Shown piece by piece: positions 41,883 to 54,108 of a DNA stretch of 64,000 nt (position 1 is its first letter; every line of letters begins with the position of its first letter). Origin of the DNA: Basidiobolus meristosporus CBS 931.73 (taxonomy: Eukaryota; Fungi; Basidiobolomycota). The stretch covers positions 62,001 through 126,000 of the forward strand of contig MCFE01000021.1 in assembly GCA_002104905.1 (NCBI GenBank), given 5' to 3'. The notes under the pieces are model-generated. The model was not told where the DNA came from. It was given only the letters and a program-made list of their open reading frames with translations, and made no database searches. A program made the position numbers and the translations under genes.

Positions 41883-44594
41883 ATTTTTGCCGGCACTAAG
41901 GGCATGACCGGATAACTTATCACTAAATTCAGGCGAATAGCTAAAACAACTCTGCATTCAACATGACAGTTGAAATATGTGAATAAAACCAAACTCTTAA
42001 TACCCGAAAGAAGGGACTGAGGTGTATTTATTCTTGTAGCCTACGGTTGCTTTGGCTTCTGTCACTGATATTCAGAACAGTGCTCTCCGAAGTGTCAATG
42101 CCTACCTAGCAATGGCACTGGAGGATTACTCTGGAAGTGTGTCTAAGCAACTAAGCTCGATACTTATCAGCTGAGAAAAATAGGCAAGTACAACCTCACA
42201 CGAAGTCATTCTTATCAATGCTCAGTCGACATTCAAGTTTTAAACCATCTTGTTGGGATGCTTGTCAATTGGATACCCCATTCCTATCTACCTTTTATGG
42301 ATATATTTAGGAATATAAAGATGTGCAGTGAATGAGAAACACAACTCCTCTGTGACCATTGTTCACTACTACTTTAGAGAAACCAATACATTCTTGTTCT
42401 GACTTCCACCAGATATTCAGTGTTAAGTCACTAGAAACCTAATCTAATTAGCCTATTTCCATATACAATAATTTTTGGCATTACCGGCTCTTGATGAGTT
42501 GATAGTGCTGCTTCAGAACTGAAAAAGTAACGAATCGTCCTCAAGGATATCCATAATTGGAAAGCCCCAGCCAACCCTCAGTCTACCCCTTATTTCCAAA
42601 CACAATTAACATTGATGTGTTCAATCGGTGTTTGCAAGTAATTTAAATTGGATGCGCTGATGCCCTTCCTCGTATATTTATCGTTGCAATGTGTTCTGGG
42701 CTGTTTCACAGTATATATGCACTCGAAAGCTAGTGTGATTCCAGAAATAGATTAACATCAGGTGAGCGTTTTTTGTGGTACAGTAGATTGCAACACTCCT
42801 CCTTTAATATGTCAAGGAAAACCGAAAATAACGGGTACTCGATATCACTTCATATGCGAATCACGTGGAGCATCGAGCAAAACCAGCTCTGCTCTCTTCT
42901 CAATTGCCCACGAATTTCACGAGAGTCGATCCACCACTAACTGCATATTGCACCAAGATGGATAAAGTTGATTCTTTGTATGAAATGAATGGCATTGAGT
43001 GGGGAGAGGGTTCAGATACTAGTTGAGACCTGCTTACACGCCGGTCACCAACTACTGTGTATCTGAGAAATTGGGTGGATGCCTTGAGCACATGCTGCTG
43101 ATCAGGTCTCAACTAATGCAGCTTCACTTCTTTTTAGTAAACTCTCCTATATCTCCAGCTGATGAGTAGCAACGGATGTAGGAAGGGGTGTGACGAATTC
43201 GAGTCCAAGACGATTCCAAAACCCTGATCTAGAAAATACGCAATGCCAAAGGAGATCTCTTCGAGTATTGCCAAATCTTACAGCCTTCATTGAGGTTACT
43301 CGTTGCTCAATGGACTTGGGCCTCCTTGTTGCAATCAGGAAAGCACCTTTGGCCGTCCAAAGTGATCAGGAATTGACGCCCAAAAGAAAGAATCCGGTTG
43401 ATGAGACAAGGATTCATTGTATCCACTCCTGATCAATGAGCCTGAGAGTTCTCGACTAATATCGACTGACCCAATCTGAGAATATCCCCGGGGACAACAA
43501 TCATAGGATTAATATATCGCGGTCACCTGCCTAGGAAATCACTCGGCATGCTAATGTAATGGCTATGCCATATGCATGTATTTGTGAAGGCAAGATGTGA
43601 TCACTACAAGCTACTAAAATTAAGATCCTGCCAATTAGTCCTGCTCGGCAGTGCTGAGAGGCGGGCAATCTTGGAGTATATGTATATCCGGGAATAGTTC
43701 ACAGCCATTGTTGTGGGGAATCCTCTCCAGCTGATTCATACATCACTTTCCACACATATATACATCAACTCTACAGTAAATCCATGTGTGTGTGCTACAT
43801 GGGTGACATCTCAGTGATTTTACCTGATCGAACAATGAGTTGGGAAATTCCCATCTCTATTTCGCTCACGTATATGGTGAGCTAATCAGTGGCAAGGGAA
43901 TTCATAATTATCCCAAATGTAGAAGAAATCCGCACATTGAATCCGTGTGATCTGGAATCGGTGGGATACGCCAATAAGGCATTTAGAGCTGAGCTTAAAT
44001 ATCGCAGTAAATGGCTTCCAAGACTGGAGCCAGCAAACTCAACCCGAAATCTGCATGGTTTCTCGAATAATACCAATAGCAAGATTAGGGGCAGTGGGTA
44101 TGTTCTTGAAACCAAATTAAAACATCCTAATATTACACTCATTAAAATCAACAGGTTAACTCAACAAAGGTGTTCTCTGACGTCCACTTAGATCTCTGCT
44201 CCACGTGACTTGGCTGGATACTGCAGCTGCGATTTAAACATGTACTAGTCGTGTCCAGTATCACGCGACCATCTTCCACTATGCTTTGTTCCCAACTATA
44301 GGTCTTACACTTGTTTCGTATTCTTAAATATATAGGTTTAAATGACTTGTCCCATCGCATAAGTGAAACCATCATTTGAATCTTGTTCAATCCACAAACC
44401 CGCTTTCATCACTCTACCTGTCCTGAATTCGGTATAAATACTTGGTCTCGATTTCCTTACTCTCGACTCAGCATTCATCTTTCTCTCATCCTCATTTTCA
44501 TATCAGTACAGCCATTCCGCTTTTCTATTACTCCAGTTAATAAGCATTCAACAAACTCTACTTCAACTCCCATCCCAAGCATTACACTCGAGCA

Positions 44595-45789
44595 ATGAAT
44601 CAAAGCGAAGAGATTACCACCATCTTTGTGATTGGTTTCCCCGAAGACATGCAAGAAAGAGAATTCCAAAACATGTTTCTCTTCTCTCCTGGCTTTGAAG
44701 CAGCCACTCTCAAAGTACCTCAAGGAAACGAGCCCGAACTTGGAGGTCGCAAACAAATTGTAAGTGTTCGATGCTTTATTGATTCATTGACCAGTTACTT
44801 AATCGGTATAATTCTAGATTGGTTTCGCTAAGTTCAGATCAAGACTTGAAGCTCTCCAAGCCCGTGATATTCTGAGCGGCAAACGTGTTGATGCAGAGCG
44901 TGGGTGCGTTATTAAAGCCGAGATGGCGAAGAAGAACCTACTTATCAAGAAAATGCCTATTATGGATGGTTCTTTCGCAAACTCCAGCATGAATTTGGCC
45001 CAAGCATTGACGCCAAATCCAATTCAGGGTGTCATGAAAAAGAAATACGGAAACACTGCATTTGATTCATTTTTTCCTGGTGGTCCAATCCTTCCAGCTG
45101 GGCTTCTTTCTCCTCAACCACAAGTTCATGAATTCAATATGGACTACGAAACCTCCAGCCTACTTTCATCCTCCCCACCCTACGACGATGAGCTTCTTGA
45201 TGCGAGCCTTGATGAACTAAGTAGCTCATTTACCTCGGGAGCCTCAAGAGCTGTTGGATACAACCCCAAGAGATCGCTTACCGCTCCTGCTGCTTTTGAT
45301 GGAGTCGGAAATTCATTCTCCTTCCCCAAGTTCACCATATCAAACACATACAATCAACACAGTATGCTATTTGGAAACAACACATCGGTTTCTCCCACAA
45401 GCGAATATTCTCCATTCTCCATGTCTGGAAACGAGCCGGGATTATCGACCTCTCTTTCGTCCTCTACTTCCAACTCCTCCTTCATGAGTCCCTCTGGCAG
45501 AGTAAACTCTGGTGATCAAAATCCACCTTGCAATACCTTGTATGTTGGGAACCTCCCTATCAGCACAATGGAAGAGGAGTTACGTCAACTTTTCACCCCT
45601 CAACCTGGGTACAAGAGACTCTGCTTTCGCATGAAGCCACACTCTGGACCAATGTGCTTCATCGAATTCGATGACATTCAGTATGCAACCTACAGCCTCC
45701 AGGAATTGCAAGGGCATCTTCTCAGCAACTCAGTTAAGGGTGGTATTCGATTGAGCTACTCAAAGAACCCCCTTGGTGTAAGAGCCTGA
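44595..45789 (+). CDS. Whi3/Scw1-like two-RRM RNA-binding protein
   Basis: N-terminal [32 protein letters not shown]; C-terminal [46 protein letters not shown]; one intron. Confidence 0.88.
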
Positions 45790-47728
45790 GTGTACAAATC
45801 CTTCCATGCCTCATTCATGTCATGAGCATATAGCAGAAGCTTCATCATCATTCAACATTAGTGTTCATCAATTATTCGTAACAAGGATTATCCAAGTTCC
45901 CCAACTCGCATTAACCCGGTTTTTCACACTAGTCGAAATCCAGCCATAGCACATCATTCTTATCTTTGTCATTTCTATTTTAGCATCTAACCGTAAATTA
46001 TAAGGAAATATTCCATCGACAGTTTAGTGCATTTCAATCCATGTAAACAATTTTGCCACATGTATATATTCGCTAACTTGCACAACCACGGTTTGTCTTC
46101 ATAAATACGTCTGAATAAACAATAATAACACGGTGACTGGATTTGAAACTGTGGACAATGACGGTAAAATGACATACGCAGATGCGTAGGAATGGCACCC
46201 AATCGTTGCATTCAAAATTTACGAAGTCATTTATTACAATGAATAAGAAGAGATTTCCTGGTGGCCCTTCCTTGGCTGGTATGCTATTAGTTCATAAGTG
46301 ATGCGATTGAACTGGATCCTATACAATCTAAAGATACACTGATCCACTACCAACTATTTGTTAAGCTTAAACAGGGATACCGATTGTGGTGCGATTTGGT
46401 GGCCCTTTTTGGTACGCCGCAATTCAGCAACGTGTAGAATACATGTTCATTAAGATTATATATTATATTCGGAATCAACAATTAGCCAGCGCTATTGGTC
46501 TCCATGAGGTATGGTAACTCCTATATCATGAATCTATCTATCAACACTTATCAGGTGTAGTTTAAAAGTGCTGCTTATCGTGAAAATCAAAACCCCTTGA
46601 TATTCATCATCAAATTTAATAATTACTAACAGCCGCGAAGTCCCGTAGAGCCCTTTATCTTTATCGCCTACCATAAATACGATGACGACTTCAGCCTGTC
46701 ACATGGGAGGGTTTGGGCCTTGTTTGATATTAATCCTATACATACATGCCACACCCTTACCAGATCAAATTCCCACCATTGAGTGGGAAATTGTTCCGAA
46801 GTTGGCCAGGCCCTTGTTCCTGCGTCTACAATGTGTGGCGGTACACTGTGTGGCAATAGTGCCATTGTCATCTGATTTGAGATTAGTGAATCGGCTATTC
46901 GAGGAAATTCCCAACTTGTAACTCCGCAAGCATTTGTGACTACACTTAGCAGCATGTACTTCATTCCCTCACAGCTCGATTGTGCCACTGCTGTTGATTA
47001 TGGGAAGAAATTGGGGGTGACATGTGATTGCTTTCATTGGCATTCCAGATGGAGGTGGTGTAGATAATCTGCTTGTCAATTTTGGTTATTTACTTGCAAA
47101 TCATGACGTCCCTGTGGCTCTTGAGCTTCATTGTGGAATACTTCGACTTTGGCTTCGTAGGGGATTCGTGTGAACAACCAACACTAAAGATGCAATTAAC
47201 TGGCCAGCCAATTATCTGTGCTACTCAGACCACATGAGGGATTGTGATCACCCATCACTCCTCACCATCCCCTTTCCTCAAACAGCCCATATCCACACTC
47301 TCAGAATGGATAGGGCTTGAGATTTGTACTGGGGACTTTACTAGTGGGGACGCAGACTCAATAGTTCTCGTGTAGACTCGAGGTCTCCAAACTTGCTTTG
47401 GTGAAAGAGTTCGAAGCATATTCGCCGCACCTTAAGAATCTTGACTGCATTTGGAGCGTATGAAATCAAGTGTCCCTCTACGCGGTAGAGATTTATTTGA
47501 AAAAGCTGAGCTGCGAGATTAAGGGGCTATTTAAAAGTATGCTTTGGGGAAGACTTTTCTGCTCCGCTTTTGGAAAACCATGAAGGCTAGGTTGAAATTA
47601 GGCTTGTGGAATGGATTGAGACTTATATCAGAACACTGGCCAAGTTATGTAGTGTACCAAAGGAGGTTAGAGTCCTAGGCCAGAATACTCTGCGATAAAA
47701 ATTGAGGGATGGTCGGTGGGTCTAGTGC

Positions 47729-48238
47729 TTATATTCCCGGAGCCACCTTTACCATCTCTTGTGTGTCGGCCAAATCGATCTCGCTAAATTGTGACATGTC
47801 CAGAGGGGTAGGCTCGGTTACGATCTCAGTTAGATATCTGGGCTCAATGAGATGCGCATCATCGTCATCCTCCGTGGAAGAAAACGTCAAAGTGGAGTCC
47901 TGGGATGTAGTGCTCCATTTTTTCGATAGCCACGACTTCTCAACATCCCCATACCCTGTAGGAAAGCAGCCCAGCACTTTTCTTGGATCTTTCTCTAGGT
48001 ATCCGATCAAATGGGTCTCACTCTTGGAAACCACGCAAATTCTGTCCCCCTTTTCAAAATGCAGTAGTGAATATTCAAGCTCATGGGGATTTAGGCCAGA
48101 TTCACCTTCATTGCTTGCTGGTGGATATTGTTGGTTTGCAATTAGAATGCTTCTAATCTTATGAGAGCTTGCGGATTGTGGCTGCGAAGCGGTCGAGTCA
48201 TTTTCCCCCCGAAAACAACACAAATATGTGAAAAACAT
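47729..48238 (-). CDS. Small protein with a degenerate SH3-like domain and N-terminal Cys-Cys
   Basis: LHFEKGDRICVV...G.....GCFPTGY resembles SH3; begins MFFTYLCCFRG. Confidence 0.55.
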   Translation of the reverse strand: MFFTYLCCFRGENDSTASQPQSASSHKIRSILIANQQYPPASNEGESGLNPHELEYSLLHFEKGDRICVVSKSETHLIGYLEKDPRKVLGCFPTGYGDVEKSWLSKKWSTTSQDSTLTFSSTEDDDDAHLIEPRYLTEIVTEPTPLDMSQFSEIDLADTQEMVKVAPGI

Positions 48239-48914
48239 GAATGGACTTTTCCCAATTAGTGAGAACTAAGTCCACCTCGAAGAGGCGTAGACTTTATACC
48301 CATTTGGCGGCGTCCGTACTGCGCTTCAGATCTCTGACGATTCCTCATACAGCCCCACCACCTCTGACATATCAAAGCGATCTCAAACGTGGCTGGGTTC
48401 AAGTGTGCAGCGATTAGTAGCACTGCCAATTTGCGACTTGGTGAATCATGCTGATAGAAAGCAGCATCACCAATAACCCTTCTCCCCATTTAAACCCTGA
48501 CGAGCACTGAATAAGCAGTAACCAGGATAAGACATACGTTCCTCAGCTGACCTACCAGATGTAGCATCAACCACATTCATCGACAGCACTAGGTTTTACC
48601 ACCGCTTGCTCTTACTCGACTAATACTGGATAGATAGCTACAATTTTGATGACCTCTCCCAGCAATGAACAATCCGATAAATGTAGCTTTGAGTATGATC
48701 AGGACAGGCCATGGGGCTGAAGCATACTTTAGGTTTATTACTGGTATGGACACTTCCTGGCTAACGTTTCAAAAATGCTAGGAGAGTATGGCATATCAGA
48801 GAACTCAAGTGGGATGTAAATGATATCTTACTCTTTACTAATATCATTTTGCCTTGAATTGATTGTTGACCTTTCTACTTGACCATCATATGGGCTTTCT
48901 AACTGGGTCAGGGC

Positions 48915-49388
48915 TTAGGAATAGTTTGATGATGCATTATCCAAAGACTCGTATGTTGGGAGATGCTCCGCTGTATAAAGTGGAAGGGGATCCAACCATT
49001 CGGGTGTTTCAAAGAGTAGACTTCGCTGTTCATCTCTCTCAGGATCCATCTCATTGGGCACCTTAAACAGAATTGGCCAAACTCCAAGTGCCCCTTTATA
49101 TAAGTTGACCCCAATGACTGCCACCAGGCATGCTCCAAAAGCAAATATCATTAACAGTAGGCCAGTAGATAGCATACCAGGGTTGCTTTCTTGATACAGC
49201 CCAGACTCACCCCCCTGTGTGTGATGCGGGTTTGACGGAAACTGGAGGTTTCTTTGACTAGCTTGTTGAAGCTGCAAGTGCAATTGTTGGGCTAGAGCCG
49301 TGCCCGAGCCACTCATAAACACCCAAGTGGCCAGCCACCAGGACCTAGTAGAGTGAAAGAATGCAATCTTGAATTTGATTCTCATCAT
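48915..49388 (-). CDS. Small single-pass membrane protein with two LPxY motifs
   Basis: Signal-like N-terminus, hydrophobic TM (LLLMIFAFGACLVAVIGV), cytosolic LPLY and LPTY. Confidence 0.6.
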   Translation of the reverse strand: MMRIKFKIAFFHSTRSWWLATWVFMSGSGTALAQQLHLQLQQASQRNLQFPSNPHHTQGGESGLYQESNPGMLSTGLLLMIFAFGACLVAVIGVNLYKGALGVWPILFKVPNEMDPERDEQRSLLFETPEWLDPLPLYTAEHLPTYESLDNASSNYS

Positions 49389-50492
49389 TTCACTATCAAC
49401 TTGATCTCTGATGCGGCTCGAGCTTACACCTTGCAGTACAGGAGCTGTCCACTTCCCTTGGACAGTTGGGATGGCCAGACTGGGGTTTTAACATCGATTT
49501 CAAACGTTGCTCAAATCAAAAATTAAGTTTTACTCTAGTTTGATTTGCTGTACGATTTAGATATGGATATTCACATTTGAGATTTCTCCGAACTTTGGAA
49601 CAAGCGGTTTTAGGTAGATGGAACTATGTAATCAATCCTTGTTACAAAAGTATCAACCAGTTACCTGGACTCTTTATACGCCAACAATTTGAACATACTA
49701 GCCTATTCTTTCAGCAGACATGAAGCTGTGCCAGTTTGACAACAGGCTATCTATGCTTGGGTAGCACTCATCAATAACCATGTACTTTCCACGCACACTT
49801 AGCAACAGACCCAAGGCCTTGCCTTCTTTGGGTTAGCAAAAGGATGTATGCCATCAGAAATGTGAATCTACATCAATATACTAAAAATGGGAATCTCAGG
49901 ACACTGCCACCGTAACTTGGCAGTGAGAGCACGAGATAACAGGAACCTGTGCAACACCAGGGTGAATCTCAGGATGCTAGTGAAAGTGGAATTTCAGTCA
50001 TTTCCTTAGTAAACCAAGACTGGTTTTGAAAACCATCAATCCAATGCCGCAATCAAAATGGCCTATGAAAGAATCGAATGAGCACTGCAAATTACATATG
50101 GAAGTAGTAGTCTCTAAGTAGCATGATTTCCGAAGGCCTATTTATTCAAATTCGATACAGAATCTTTGATTGGATTGATGAAAGCTACCGTAGCCATGGT
50201 TCAAACCACTACGTAGTGAACAAAATTTTCAACTATGGATGAATTGTTTCCGCAGTAAGGGTTAGGAACTCGCATCAATTCCATTGGCGCGAAAAGCTTT
50301 GTAGTGGGGTAGCTGAATGATTATCACCGAGAATCTTGACCTAATGCTCTGGAAATTATCGTATTTCCGAAATCCCCAAATTTATTCGTCACCCCGTTTT
50401 CAATTCTTCGAAATTCAAAATTTTTACTTGATAACTTCGTCGGCCCTACAGCCACTCTATTCTGCACTCTCACCCATACCTCCTCATTCACT

Positions 50493-51491
50493 ATGGCTTC
50501 CCAAGCTGGCTCTGCCCTCAGTAAAGTATCTAAGTTAGCAATAGGTCTTGGTACCGCTGCTACCTTTGCCAACTATTCCATGTATGATGGTAAGTACATA
50601 TAGTCGTTTATTGGACTCTAAAAGCCACTACGGCTTGAAGATTACTTCATTTCCATTGGCCTTTATTTCTAACCGTTACTTGCAGTGAAGGGCGGATATC
50701 AGGCTGTTATTTTCGATCGTATTCAGGGTGTCAAGTCCCAAGTCGTCGGTGAGGGAACCCACTTCCTTGTCCCTTGGCTCCAACGCGCCATCATCTACGA
50801 TGTTCGCACCAAGCCAAGAAGCATCTCCACCACCACTGGATCAAAGGATATGCAAACTGTCAGTTTGACTCTTCGTGTTCTTCACAGACCCAACATTGGT
50901 CATCTCCCTAAAATCTACCAATCGCTTGGTCTTGATTACGATGAGAGAGTTTTACCTTCCATCGGTAACGAAATCCTTAAGGCAGTTGTTGCCCAATTCG
51001 ATGCTGGTGAACTGATTACTCAGCGTGAGATCGTAAGTAGCCCTATGCACTCTATGGAGCGCTTGACATATTTTTAATCGGGCTTTTTACATCAGGTTTC
51101 TTCCAGAATTCGTGAAGAGTTAGTCAAGAGAGCTAGAGAGTTCAACATCGACCTTGAGGATGTTTCTATCACCCACATGACTTTCGGACGTGAGTTCACT
51201 CATGCTGTTGAGCAGAAGCAAATTGCCCAACAGGAGGCCGAAAGAGCCAAGTTTGTCGTCGAAAAGGCCGAGCAGGAAAAGCAAGCAGCCATCATTCGTG
51301 CCGAGGGTGAAGCCCAAGCCGCCGAAACCATCAACAACGCTTTGAATAAGGCTGGTGCTGGTTTGATTGAACTCCGTCGTATTGAAGCCTCTAGAGAAAT
51401 CGCTGGTACTTTGGGAGCTGCTCGCAATGTTACCTACCTTCCTTCCCAGCAGGGAGGCTCCAACCTTCTCTTGAACGTCAACGGCCTTTAA
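50493..51491 (+). CDS. PHB1: Prohibitin 1
   Basis: [55 protein letters not shown]; two introns. Confidence 0.96.
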
Positions 51492-52152
51492 ATCTCCACC
51501 CCAGGGTACAACCGTTCGCTATCTTGAGTGCATCGTAAAATATACATAGATATATAAGACCAATTGACCCAACTCATTCACACACGTCAAGTATTTTCTG
51601 ATCAGTGCAAACTCAAAACGATTTTTATAACCAGTTCATTTTGCCAGCATGTAGCAATCAATAAAATTGATATGAAGATAACTGTTGCACAGGACGATTG
51701 CTTCACGTAAGCACCGCCTGTGCCGATGGACATCAGTGCATGTTCGGTGGAGGCAGGTTGGCTGCACTTCAAAACGCCATTGACGTTGTAGTGATCTTGG
51801 CGCCCGGGCATCTCGCATTAAGGCCGAATTAAGGAGTTTGTTGGCAGAGGGTTGTAAATATGTGTATATAAACCGGCAAGCGGCCAAAAGTTCTGCAAGT
51901 AATGTATACCCTGACTAATGCCAAATTCAGTTAGAGGCGGTGCTAGAAGATGTGGCTGGACGGGGAGGGCCAGGGTAGCCTTTGATCTAAAGTTGATGTT
52001 GTGGATACAGATAAGATGGATCTAGTCAAAAAGTAGGAACGGCTCCCTCCACGGTGCTTGCTAGGCCACATGATTGAATCCGGAGATTAGATATGTATAT
52101 CTGTTCGGGAGATTCTAGGCTGCCGAAAATTGTCACCTTGCAGTGTCTTCGA

Positions 52153-52673
52153 TCAACTTCCTAAAAGACATCTCAAATTAAGCTTATTTCTGGCATACCT
52201 GAAGGTGGGACTATTGGAACCGGCCTGCCCTATCGCAGCGGACTCGAATCCTGATACCGTCCTGTTCATTGGGGAGTGGTGATAAACATCCACTTTTTCA
52301 AGATGGTGTGACTGATTTTGGAGTCGGATTGGCCTGGCTCTGGCACTTGGTCGTGTGGTTTGGAAATTCCACGAATTTACCACCTTCCATAGATCAACCT
52401 CGGGATTCGCCTGAATCACTTTTTTAATATACAGAGCCCATATTTGCCTAATCATTGCAGTAATATGTACCAAATTAGGGGCCAACCTGATTCCGTTTGC
52501 GTAAGAGGTTTCTAATTTGTTGCCTAATCTTCCATGGCTTGATATTAAAGGTCACTCCCAGTACTGTATCCACTGTACTTTGCCCTAATATCGAAATCAC
52601 GGTGATACTTGATCCCAAATATCTTATGGCTGGCTTCTGGGAATGATTCATCAACTTCCTTTTTGTTCAGCAT
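52153..52673 (-). CDS. Possible two-exon hypothetical protein
   Basis: ATG at 52673; a GT-AG intron at 52487-52578 would join it in frame to the 110-aa ORF. No family recognised, and only ~115 bp separates it from the divergent neighbour. Confidence 0.25.
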
Positions 52674-52789
52674 TCTGTCCCACCGTCCCACCAACCCGCT
52701 TGTAACCCTTGTCAATAGCAGATTTATTCATTATTTGAGCATACCACACGGCCGCTTCCTTGCACTGCTACTCCACTTATTCACTTAGG

Positions 52790-54019
52790 ATGGTAACTTC
52801 AAAGGTCATCCTCTTATTATACCTGTACATTTTTTCGATAGCGACCCCGGCCTCTTCACAAACCGTAGTCACCCCCTCTCCATTGCCATTGCCACCCTCT
52901 AACCCCGATTGTTTCAGCCTGAAGGAATCCAAATTTTGTGGGGGCAGTTTTGGAGAGTATTACATGTCCAACAGGACCCTGGTCAATGGAGTCCTGACTG
53001 CCGATGTGGTGAGCTTTGATCGGGCTATGGGTTTCTACTTCGGTTCACCCCAGGATGTCAAGGACATCAACACGAGGTTCGGTTGCCTGGGTGGCTCGGG
53101 TTGGGACGGGATATACGAACCACCCTATCGAGCTAGCTTTACCTGTCGTAGTTTGCTCAAAGAGCCGGCAGCTATGGCTTGCAACAAAGACAACCCTGTG
53201 CCCGATCTCTGCCAGAAGACGTGTCAACGATACATCCATGGCTGGGAGACGATAATACGAAATGAGACCGCCTGCCCAGCAACCCCCCAAGAGGAAGATA
53301 GAAAGATAGCGGATACTTTGGCCTGGTGTGATGTCGCCCCCTTCAACGGAGTCAAGGGCAACTGCATCGATGGAAAAGAGGATCAACAAAGAACCTGCGG
53401 TTTGTGACAAACGCTTCTATGTCGTATCACTCGCATTCTAATGAAATTCTTCACTGTAGGCTTTATTCTTCCTATGCAATTTCCTTACCTGTGCTCGTTC
53501 TGTCAATTCTCTGATGATCCTTGTTGTCGTTCGGAAAGTGCAAAGTCTTGCGGGATCCCCCCACCTTCGAAGAGCATTGCCGTCCTGGTATGCTCCATTG
53601 TTTTCGGATGCTTGGGAGGTATAGGGCTGATTATCGGGATCATTTTCTATTACAAACGAAAGAAACTCGACCAGATCCATCACAAGAACAGTGAACTCGA
53701 GAAGCGGAATACTTCATGCAGCACTGCTAGGCTGAATTCTTCGGTATCCTCCATCGGGGAGTATGTGTGCGAGTTTCTCTACAAACCTGCGTTGCCGGAT
53801 GAACTCGCCATCGAGGTTGGGGATAGTATCCTGGTGTTATGGATGTTTGATGATGGGTGGGCAGTTGGACGCAATCTCACACGCGGAGGCGAGGGGGCTT
53901 TCCCGCTCGCCTGCGTGGTACGAAAGATCGTCGACAGCGCCCAATCCTCGAAGTCCTCGATTTTTGGAAATAGTTATCCCCACAGAGGATCGTCGAAACG
54001 AAGCTCCCACCACTCCTAA
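52790..54019 (+). CDS. Type I membrane protein: Cys-rich (Frizzled/Mid1-like) ectodomain, TM, cytosolic SH3
   Basis: Signal peptide, 16 extracellular Cys, TM (VLVCSIVFGCLGGIGLIIGIIFYY), SH3 YKPALPDELAIEVGD..DDGWAVG..GAFPLACV; intron at 53400-53459. Confidence 0.8.
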
Positions 54020-54108
54020 CCAAATATATAAACAAGCATCCTAGGCAACCACGCCACCACCAGGCGATGGAAAGTAGGCGCGCATACAATGCCAAATCAC
54101 CTATTCCC

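Noticed and set aside
43889-44191. 100-aa frame with a weak F-box-like pattern (LNPCDLESVGYANKAF)
   Set aside because: No in-frame ATG or workable upstream exon; similarity too weak.
48330-48478. LPICDLVNH resembling a SET-domain P..D..NH motif
   Set aside because: Isolated short frame with none of the rest of the domain.
49640-49830. Minus-strand YMVIDE resembling a helicase Walker B (Helitron relic?)
   Set aside because: No Walker A or other helicase motifs nearby.
52044-52060. Near-complement to a conserved LSU rRNA segment (CAAGUACCGUGAGGGA)
   Set aside because: About 16 nt with a bulge and a G-U pair is expected by chance, and there is no adjacent canonical D box.
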